A stretch of 64,000 bases of DNA from Macrostomum lignano (Eukaryota), in the NCBI GenBank assembly GCA_002269645.1, contig NIVC01000001.1, forward strand, positions 868,001 through 932,000, given 5' to 3'. The position numbers and the translations under genes are program-made. The notes beneath the pieces are model-generated. The model was not told the origin of the DNA and did no database searches. It saw nothing but the letters and a program-made list of their open reading frames with translations. Positions 16,918-26,472 of the stretch are shown here, piece by piece. The first letter of the stretch is position 1, and each line of letters opens with the position of its first letter.

Positions 16918-18078
16918 ATGCAGTCCGCTAATCGAACGCCCACCCGTCAGCGGCGACCCGCAGCGGCGCAAGAACTCAAGCATCAACAACAGCAGCATCC
17001 GCGGCCTTCAGTGCAGCTGCACCGAATGCACCTGGAATTCTGTTACACCTGCGGCGCTATGCTGCCGGCCTATTGGGAGTCGCAGGTGGCCTGCTCAGCT
17101 TGCAAGAGAGTCACCTGCTTAGCCTGGTTCTCTGATTGTCCGCCTGCCCAGTTTCAGTTGCTGTTCGAGTCCAACTCTGCTGCTGAACAACAGGCCGATG
17201 ACGAGGCTGATGGTCCAGACTCTGATGCTGAAGGCTGCGATCAGGAGAGAGCTCCCGTAGATCCTAAGTGAGTGGCTGCTCAAGTAATGCTTGCCAGCAC
17301 CGTGTTAATTGAGTTGGTTGGGAAACAGCTGACTTAAGTATATGAGCGTGAAACCTCATTTCTTAGAAAAGGTTTGGTGGCTGGTTTTATGTAAGAGTTT
17401 CATTACCGCTTTAGGAATTTCTCCTATTCTTGACGTATCGGAATTGACTAATTTTGCATTGTATTTTTTAATGTAAAACCGGCCTTCAAATATTTTCCAA
17501 GAAACTGAAATTTACCATCTTTCACAAGTGACGCAGATGCGCTTTAGACGCAACTCAGTGATTCTGCAGCGAATCCAGCGCGACTCAGATACGGCTCAAC
17601 GGCCACAAAGTCGTTTCCGAGTCGCAGACAATAAAACGCCTCAAATTGACTCTTAGGCGACTCTTTGCCGACTTGACATCTCATCGTTTTAGAGTCGTCT
17701 AACAGTCTCTTCTAGTCACTTGCTCTGCCCCTCAGTGCCCTCTTCCCCATCCTACCCGGCAGATTCGCCAAGCTCGTAGCCAGCGTCCGTCGCGAACTGA
17801 TCGGCGGCGAGATGGAGGCGGACGACGACGCGGACGGCGGCAGCTCCCGGCACCGGCAGAAGCAGCAGCGCCGCAGGCTGCAAAAGCAGCAACAACAACA
17901 GCAGCAGGAGTCAGAGAATCAGGACGGTATCAGCTTGCCAACTGTGCGCAGAGAGTGCCAGCACTGCGGCTGCGACAGAATGTACTACAGAACTATGCAG
18001 ACCAGATCGGCTGACGAGGGCCAGACTGTGGTGTACACGTGTACCAGTTGCAGCAGGACCGAAGTGGAATTCTCCTGA
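16918..18078 (+). CDS. POLR1H: RNA polymerase I subunit RPA12 (ZNRD1); exons 16918 (or ATG 17026)-17267 and 17763-18078
   Basis: N-terminal Zn ribbon FCYTCGAMLP...CSAC and C-terminal TFIIS-like ribbon CQHCG...YYRTMQTRSADEGQTVVYTCTSC; phase-2 GT-AG intron. Confidence 0.92.
17525..17720. repeat. Family B GACTC-rich repeat in the POLR1H intron
   Basis: Similar to 15540-15680. Confidence 0.6.
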
Positions 18079-18251
18079 TTTTTGTCTCTTGTCTGTTGCG
18101 GATTGCCTGTCGAGTAACTGGTTGAAATTATTTAAAATTAGAATTTATTGCTTGTCTAGCGACTAATGAGGTTATTGGTTAAGATGGATTGCTAGACTAG
18201 GTAATCACATATTAATGATTAGAATGGATTGCTTGTTTAGCTAGGATGGAT

Positions 18252-18710
18252 CACAGTTACTAGAATAACCAGATGATGGGCCACTCAGCACATTTGCGTG
18301 CAAGCTACTTTCAGTTCAGTAGTAAGTTAAACTAAAGCATTTTAATGTATTTTTAAAGACAAGGCTCATTTATTGGCTCTTACCCACAAACTTAAACCCT
18401 CGAACTCCACACCGAACCTCCACCCCTGCCCTGCCACCCAGTTTTTATTACATTCTTCGGTTGTTCCAGCCTAAATCTGCCATGTACGTTTCAGTGGCCA
18501 ATGTACATTATGGCTGAACCAATTAGCAAGCTGTTTACGTCTGCAAACTCAGGCTTCTAATAAACTTATCAAAGTCATTTCAGCTGCCTTTATTCTTATA
18601 AAATAGCTTATGTATTCTTCATTGCTACTGAACTGAAAGTAGAAAGCTGTTTTACCAAGTATATTTACCAATATGCCTGAGTGGCCCATCTAATTATTTT
18701 AGTATCTGTG
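18252..18710. mobile_element. hAT-type MITE family C, full copy
   Basis: TIR CACAGATACTAGAATAACTAGATGGGCCACTCAG, subterminal inverted ACTTTCAGTTCAGTAG; related copies at 28.7, 32.0, 38.1 and 44.7 kb. Confidence 0.85.
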
Positions 18711-19134
18711 GATAGCATAGCACGTAACGCGCTAGTTTAGCTATCATGAATAGAAATTGTCATTCTTGGCAATTGAGAACACAAGATTTTAGATGCAGTG
18801 CTTTGCTGTAACGCGTGTTTATCATTGCCAGTGCATTTTTTCATATACTTGAGTACAAGTACAAGCATAATAAGACTCATTTAGAACAGGTCAAAAACAC
18901 GTGGCTGAAATCATGTGTGTCCTCTTGAGTGTGAAAGCTTAAAGTGTTGATAGGTTGCAACTCAATTCTGTGTCAATCGTGTATGACAATAAATGCTAAT
19001 AAACAAACACGCATCACTGCTCTAAATTGGAAATGTTTTTTGTCAGAATAATTTCTCTTTGTGAGTAGAACGATAAAATGTTCGAGAAGGTTTAGATTAG
19101 AGCAAATTTGTGAGCTTGGTTGCTGAATTTGCAT

Positions 19135-19345
19135 GCTTCAGTAGGGTGTGAATGCATGGTTTAGTAGGGTGTGAATGCATGCTTTAGTAGGGTGTGAATG
19201 CATGCTTTAGTAGGGTGTGAATGCATGCTTTAGTAGGTTGTGAATGCATGCTTTAGTAGGTTGTGAATGCATGCTTTAGTAGGTTGTGAATAGATTAAGT
19301 AGGTTGTGAATAGGTGTGAATAGATTAAGTAGGTTGTGAATAGAT
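19135..19345. repeat. 23-bp tandem repeat GTAGGGTGTGAATGCATGCTTTA
   Basis: About 6 full units plus degenerate units. Confidence 0.93.
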
Positions 19346-19404
19346 TAAGAAGGGTGTGAATACTCTGTTAGGTTGTGAATACGGCAGAAACAATTCTTCC
19401 TTAG

Positions 19405-19880
19405 ACTGCGCATTGAAGTCAGCCTTGACCCCATTTCTGCGCATCCGCCGCCAGATCCAGGTGCTAATCCAGTTGCTAGGCAAGCGCTCCGATCCCGGCA
19501 GGCCGCTCGCATCCGCCGTGCTCACCGCCTACCTGCGCCGGCGCCAGTTGCCGCCTTGGACGGCGTTTTTCCTGCACCGCGGTCAGGTGATCAACGATCA
19601 GTGGGGCCTGAGCCACTTCAACTGGCCAGTGGAGGGTGCCAACTATCAAGTACTGCGCACCGGCTGCTATCCATACGTGAAGTACCACTGCACCAGGGCG
19701 CCACCGGACCCCAGCCTGCTCAGCCAGGACTGGTTCTTCACCTGTTTGAAGGGGGCTAATTTTGGTCTGCCAACTCTGGCCTACGGCTTGGCGGCCAGGT
19801 TCCTAGCCAGGCACTCGGAGTCTATTAGCGTTGATAACCGCCAGGTCACTGTGTACTTTTGGATGGCTGAGACCTGGTAG
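19405..19880 (+). CDS. C15orf61: C15orf61 (DUF4528) homolog; start codon not in this exon
   Basis: ASAVLT..L..RQLPPWTAF..NDQWGLSHFNWPVEGANYQVLRTGCYPYVKYHCT..LPTLAYG..VTVYF closely matches recalled C15orf61. Candidate acceptor AG at 19403-19404. Confidence 0.9.
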
Positions 19881-19907
19881 CGGCCAATCTCTGCACTCAT
19901 ATCAGCC

Positions 19908-20183
19908 ATGGCCAATTTCGGTGCATTCAATTATTGGCCAACATTCTGGGGCTATCTGCTCATCTTCCTGTGTCTGTGGGGCCTGGCAACTCTGCTCAGA
20001 CTTATTCTGATGCTGCTCTACAGCTGCCTCAGCAGCCTATGGAATCTAATTCGGTCACAGAGGAAGCCAGCTAGCCAAGAGATGAGCAGTACTCCTGCTA
20101 CTACTAATAGTAACTCGATTAGTCAGGTAGAAGAGCTGCCGACTGACTCGCATTCAGACGAATCCGGTATTAAAGATGACTGA
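19908..20183 (+). CDS. Small 91-aa putative single-pass membrane protein of unknown function
   Basis: Good start context (CAGCCATGG), a hydrophobic stretch FWGYLLIFLCLWGLATLLRLILMLLY and an acidic tail; no family recognised. Confidence 0.45.
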   Translation: MANFGAFNYWPTFWGYLLIFLCLWGLATLLRLILMLLYSCLSSLWNLIRSQRKPASQEMSSTPATTNSNSISQVEELPTDSHSDESGIKDD

Positions 20184-20334
20184 GTTATTAGTCTGTAATT
20201 ACTTTGTGTCTGTACTGAGGTTTGATCTCGTGAGTTCAGTTAATTTTAAACAGCGGTTGAGCCGTCACTTGCTTATATTGCCATTTTTAACTGATTGTAC
20301 TTTTTTAACAGTATTGCATTTTCTGTGCTTCTGA

Positions 20335-20535
20335 CGGGTGCCATTTGTGTCTGAGGGGTGCCATTTCTGTATCTTTAGGGTGCCATTTCTGTATCTTTAG
20401 GGTGCCATTTCTGTGTCTTTAGGGAGCCATTTCTGTCTTTAGGGAGCCATTTCTGTGTCTTTAGGGAGCCATTTCTGTGTCTAAGGGGTGCCATTTCTGT
20501 GTCTAAGGGGTGCTATTTCTGTGTCTAAGGGGAAT
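20335..20535. repeat. About 22-bp tandem repeat GGTGCCATTTCTGTGTCT(TT/AA)AG
   Basis: About 9 degenerate units; only remnants occur in the duplicate region near 25720-25780. Confidence 0.85.
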
Positions 20536-20962
20536 AAAAATAATCCCAATTTGACGTCAACTTGTCTTGTTGATTTTGCATTTTGTTTATAGCATGTTGT
20601 GTAGAACAGAATAGGTCAAATTTAGTGATATTGAAATTTAAAGTTTATTATTTTTGTAGCGCAAAAATGGAAGCATGCGTCATATTTCAACTGCGAGCTC
20701 TTCTGCTTTAGTTGTCTGCTATGTGTAGAAATTGTCGGACAGCATATCGTCACTACTTTTGCGTTTGAATACAACTGTACTTTGGAATTTTTTAGTTTGT
20801 GTCTGTTTATTTATTTGCCTGATTGGTCAGGCTAGAATGTACAGGTGATTATGTGATTGTTCAAGCTAGAATGTACAGGTGATTATCTGATTTGTCAGGC
20901 TAGAACAAGAGGCGCTTAATTGATTAATGAGCTGTTGCACTCCCTCCAAAGCTCACCCGGAC

Positions 20963-23900
20963 ATGCCTAAGTACAAGTGCCAGCCGGAGGATGCGCTCAA
21001 GCGCGCCCAGGAATTCCTGGAGGAGGACAACAAAGAATCGGCTCTGGATATCTTAGCCGAGGTGATGAAATACAAGCAGCATAGGCAGTGGAACAAAGTA
21101 CACGAGGACATCATGCTGATGTTCCTGGATCTCTGCGTCGAATTGCGTCGCAACCAGATATTCAAGGAGGTCATCCACCAGTACAAGAACATGACGCTGA
21201 ACGTGAGCCCCAACTCGCTGATTGACATTGTTCGCAAATACCTGGAACAGGCCGATCGCAAGACCGAGGAGGCTCGCCAAAAATCCAAAGACGCCGTGTC
21301 AGCCGAACAAGACGAAGTAGACGATCTGAACGTGATTGAGACGCCCGAGAGCCTGATGATGTCGGCGGTGAGTAGTGAGACTACTCAGGACCGCTCAGAT
21401 CGGGACATCCTGAACCCTTGGCTCAAGTTCATGTGGGAGAGCTACAGGCAGTGCCTGGACCTGTTGCGCAACAATAACAAGCTAGAACGGTTGTACCACG
21501 ACGTGGCCCAGATGGCCTTCCGATTCTGCGAGAAATACGGCAGGAAAACCGAATTCCGCAAGCTGAACGACATCCTGCGCAGCCATCTGCTCAAGTTCCA
21601 GGCTCAGCTGGCCTCCGGACAGCCGGTGCCACCTACAGGGGTGAATCTGAATAACCCGGACACTCAGGGCTACCATCTGGAGACCCGGCTGTCCCAGCTG
21701 GAGTTCTCTATGAATCTGGAGTTGTACAACGAAGCCTACAAGTCTATTGAGGACATCTGGAATCTGGTCACGCTGTCTAAGAAATCACCGAAGCCTAGCA
21801 TTATGGCAAACTACTACACCAAGGTTGCTCTTGTGTTCTGGAAGTGCGGCAGTCACCTGTTTCATGCGGCCGCCCTACACAAGCTGTTTAATTTGCACCG
21901 GGAGCACAAGAAAAATATGGCTAGCGATGAGCTGCAGGTGAGACTGAGGGAGGGTCTCTAGGATGAATCAGTGTGATTTTGCTGAGGCTAGTAGGATTTG
22001 ATCTGAATTAGAAAGGACAAGCTTTTGATGAGGTAAATCAGATTTTAGTGAGACTTCGACAGGGGAGATTGTATTGAGACAAGGGCATTCTAGTAAGAAT
22101 TTTTTTCTGAAATCATAGATACCTAGATAGATACCTACCGACAAACCATTTTTAGTACATGGAATGGAGATTTAGATGGACAACCAAGATTTTTAGTAGA
22201 CAGATAAGAGTTACATTATCCAGGTGAGAGTTTGATATATAATATGGGTGAGATTTCAATGAGCCAGGGGAGATTTCGATGAGACATTGAAGAGTTTAGG
22301 AGTGATCAGTCAGTCGAAAACTCTCACTTCTAGACACTGTGGATTAAGTACCTGCAAAAGGTATATGCAAAATCAAATAACTTTTACTGGAGCGGCTCCT
22401 CTTGTAACTTGTTCGTAGGCTTGCCTTGTGTTGTAGTGACGGCTACCTTCAGTGAATTGTTGTCTCCGGCAGTCCTTAACTTTATCTGTGGGTCGATCAA
22501 AAGCGACAGCGAATCAGAAGTCTTGACGGTGTCCTCGAGCTCGGAATTAACAATAGAACGTGCACCCTTATCAACAATTGAATTCTCTGAGTTTCTGTAA
22601 TACAAGGGGTGTCCGGAAATTTCTGACACTTTTAACCTCAGAGCAAAAACAATAACAACTACAAGCACAACTTTGGTGTCGTATACTTGCGTGCTGCTGT
22701 TTTGATTTCTGTGATTATTGACACCATCATGAGCGTGCAATCGAAAGAAGGCCAAAGACATGGAATATTTACGCTTTGGAGCATCGGAAAGACGGGTGCA
22801 GAGATCCATTCTTATTCGACATCAATTCCTGGGTCAGATGCAGTGAGCCGGCGTACCGTCTACCGCTTGGTAGAGTAGTTCAAGTCAGGACTTACCGATG
22901 TCGTTGATCGACCAAGATCAGGTCGTCCATGCCATCCTGGGTTCGAAGACTTGACTAATCGAATACTCGATGTTCTGGAGGATGACAATCGTTTCAAAGT
23001 TGGAGAGCTGGCTGAGAGGCTGCAGATTCCACGGATGATGATGAATAGCTGCAATTCGTTTCTTTGAGGAGAAAACATCGCTTTGTATATTTTCTAAACT
23101 TATGCTGTAAGACCATCAGTGACGTTGAGGTGCTTTTTCACACAAATTTCGAATGAAAGATTCAAAATACACGCGACTGAATTCATTGGAAAGAAAAGAT
23201 GTGCCGCTGTAAATTGTCACCAAAGTTGTGCTTGCAGCTGCTACTGCTTTTGCTCTGAAGTTAAGTGTCATAACTCTCCGGACACCCCTCTTAGGTCCTC
23301 TTGAAGGGCGTCTTCTTCGTTACGTCCGAAACGTAACGGATAACTCAAATCGATCAATAGATCCTCTAGGAACATATCCTAGGAAACAAGAAGGCCTTTC
23401 TCAAATGTGTCGACAATAAACGGCTCTCATAAACTTAATCAATCAACTTATTAACTCTAACTATAAAGAACTAAATCCGGTAAGCACTTACCAATAGGAC
23501 AGAATTTCGTTCCTCAGAGATGGTCCTTTGTCTTCTTCTCGAGTCTTTGAGACCACTTCGAGTCTGAAGTTTTTACTCGGATTTTCACTTCTGTTTAATT
23601 TATCGTAAAGTTTTGGTAAAACAGGTTTAAAATCGGATATTTACTTAGGTCATATGTACTGATTAAGGGTTTGAGCAATACCATATATGGAGTTAATCAA
23701 ACACAGCTGCTGAAATCTGGTTCCTTGATCAAACAAACGTTGGTCCTACGTAGAGTTCTGAGTCACCCTGTTTGCATGACTCATTTCAATAAATAGGTTG
23801 CAGTTTTAAATTCATTAAGTGTTACTTTAAGTAGCATATTACGGTATGGTTTATCAGCTCTCTGCAACAGAATCAGTGCGCCAGGTAAGATTTTGATAAT

Positions 23901-25542
23901 AAGATGGGTGAGATTTTAATCAGCCAGGTGAGATTTTAATGAGTCATGATGAGATTATAAATGAGCCTACTTACATAGGTCACTCAGTCAGGCAGCTTAC
24001 ACAGCATACCCCACGAAAAATGCAGACCATGGCCAGCACTGTACTGTGCGCCACCCTGGCCATCCCGCTGCCATTCGTCCGCGATCGCCGCGCCGACTCG
24101 CTGCTGGAATCCGGCGAGATCGCCAGCAGCGCCAAGCAGAAGATGCTGTGCAGCCTCCTCGGCATGCCCATCCCGCCCAGCCGCCGCTCACTCTGCGCCG
24201 ATCTGGTCCGCGGCGGCATCGTTGAGCTGGCCCACCCGGAGCTGGCCTCGCTGCACGCTCAGCTGGAGCAGCGGTTCCAGCCTTTGAAACTGGCCGACCG
24301 CTGCGCCCCTGGTCTGCAGAACATCCGCTCCAATGACCGGCTGGCCCATTACGCCCGGCCAATTGAAGACATGCTGATCTGCCGCACCCTGATCCAGACC
24401 GCACAGGTGTACGCCAGCATCACCCTGCCGCGGTTTGCCACCCTGTTCCCGTTCTGCGACCGGCTCCGCCTGGAGACCACTGTGGTTGAGGCTGCCCGCA
24501 ATCTGGAGATTCCAGTTCGGATTGATCACAGGCGCGGTAGTCTGCTGTTTGGCGGCTTCTCCCAGCTGGGCATTTCACAGCGCGAGGAGGGTGTGGTTAG
24601 CGACGGACCAAGCGTGAAGACTGCCGACCAGCTCAGCAAACAGCTGTTGCTGCTGGGAAGCGCTCTGCAGGTGCGTCAAAGATATGAGCTGAAACTTAAG
24701 ATCAAGTAATAAAACTTACTATAAGTACTAAAAATTTAACAAAATCTATTTTGGGTGTCTATAGTCAGGGTTTTGGTTTGTTGAAGGTCCCGACGGCATT
24801 TGAGTGATGAAGGACTGCTTGAGAGACTAGCTGAGGATGTCCAGCAGTTGAGGTTTGCCACTGTCGAGGCTTGTTGATCAGCAAAACTAGAATACACTAG
24901 CGATTATGGAAAAAATCCGACCTTCTGGCAAAGTTGTTGAATATCCCGACAGTCCGGAAGTTAAGTTAGCCCGTGTTCTTGAATTCCATGTCCCAGCGTT
25001 GCTCCGTTCCGGCGCAGCAAAGAATTGTCAGGGGGTCCCCCTTATACTCCTGTTAAACTACTTACATCGCCTACTGAACAGTAGAATATTATTGTTAAAT
25101 TATAGAATTTCAAAGAGTGTCTATGGTTTTTGAAGGAAGGTCCTGGCGCCTATCGCGAGTTCAGATCCCATTTTTAGAAGCTCACAGTACTAGGCTACTT
25201 GCAATAGTAGTATTAATTTTCTTATTTGGCATAAAAGACACGCTATTTTTAAAACATTGCCAGGGTGTGCTCATAATCATTCCATCGGTGAAGGACGCGA
25301 AGCTTGAGCAGCGCAAAGCTCTGGCTCACAAGTACGGCCAGACAGCGGCTCTCGATCACCAGAAACTGCTGCAGCGCAAGGAGCTGATCGAGGAGCGCAA
25401 GGAATACCTGGAACAGCTGCAGCAGCACCGCAGGCTGCCAAAGCAGCAGGAGCAGCAGGAGCCAGAGACTCCCGCCGCTAAACTAACACCGAAGAAGAAT
25501 AAGAAGAAAAGAAGAAAGAATAAGAAGGAGTCAGAGATTTAG
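20963..25542 (+). CDS. EIF3A: Truncated eIF3a paralog (632 aa); exons 20963-21937, 24026-24670, 25264-25542
   Basis: Intact ATG, GT-AG sites and frame. Matches the downstream copy up to ...YLEQLQQ (about 25426), then has a novel tail ending KKNKKKRRKNKKESEI*. Confidence 0.85.
22603..23291 (+). mobile_element. Mariner-like deletion derivative in intron 1 of the truncated eIF3A
   Basis: Imperfect TIRs of about 75 bp (CAAGGGGTGTCCGGA...), TA at both ends, and transposase remnant ...AVSRRTVYRLVE*FKSGLTDVVDRPRSGRP with an in-frame stop. Confidence 0.9.
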
Positions 25543-26086
25543 GACGGCAGCATGTACCGAGTACCACGAGTATTACTTTGTGTCTCTACTGAGCTAATTT
25601 ATTTATATAATTAATTGATAATAAATTTTCAACAGCGGTTGAGCCGTCACTTGCTTATATTGCCATTTTAAACTGATTGTGCTTTTTTAACAGTATTGAA
25701 TTTTCTCTAATTTTCTCTAGGAGTGTCATTTCTCTGTATCTGGTGGCGCCATTTTTGTGTCAGAGAGGGGTGCCATGTTTCTAAGAGGAAATCACAATGA
25801 TGACCAAATTTATCGCCTATTTGTGTTCCTATCGACTTTGCATTTTATATTGCCTTTTGTGTAGAACAGAGTAGGTCGAACTTGGTGATATTGCAATTTC
25901 AAACGTTTATTGCTTTTTTTGTAGCGCAAAAATGCAAACATTTGGCATATTTTAACTGCTGCTATTCAGCTTTATATAGTTGCTTTCCATGCGTAGAAAT
26001 TGTCTGCCAGTATATCGTCACTACTTTTTGCTTTTAAATACAGCTGTACTTTAGAATGTTATAAGTTGTGTTTGTTTCTTTATTTA

Positions 26087-26425
26087 CCTGATTGGTCAGG
26101 CTAGAATGTACAATGATTATCTGATTGGCCAGGCTAGAATGTACAATGATTATCTGATTGCTCAGGCTAGAATGTACAATGATTATCTGATTCGTCAGGC
26201 TAGAATGTACAGGTGATTATCTGATTGGTCAGGCTAGAATGTACAGGTGATTATCTGATTGGTCAGGCTAGAATGTACAGGTGATTATCTGATTGGTCAG
26301 GCTAGAATGTACAGGTGATTATCTGATTCGTCAGGCTAGAATGTACAGGTGATTATCTGATTCGTCAGGCTAGAATGTACAGGTGATTATCTGATCGGTC
26401 AGGCAGAATGTACAGGTGATGTATG
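26087..26425. repeat. 33/34-bp tandem repeat CTGATTGGTCAGGCTAGAATGTACAGGTGATTAT upstream of eIF3A copy 2
   Basis: About 10 units; about 3 units at 20818-20905 upstream of copy 1. Confidence 0.93.
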
Positions 26426-26472
26426 ATGAATGTACAGCTGTTGCACTCCCTGCCTCCGCAGCTCGCCGGGAC

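Noticed and set aside
23296-23345. Hammerhead-like TGAAG...stem...CCGAAACG with a perfect CGTTACGT/ACGTAACG hairpin
   Set aside because: It lacks an intact CUGANGA core and the required GUH after stem III.
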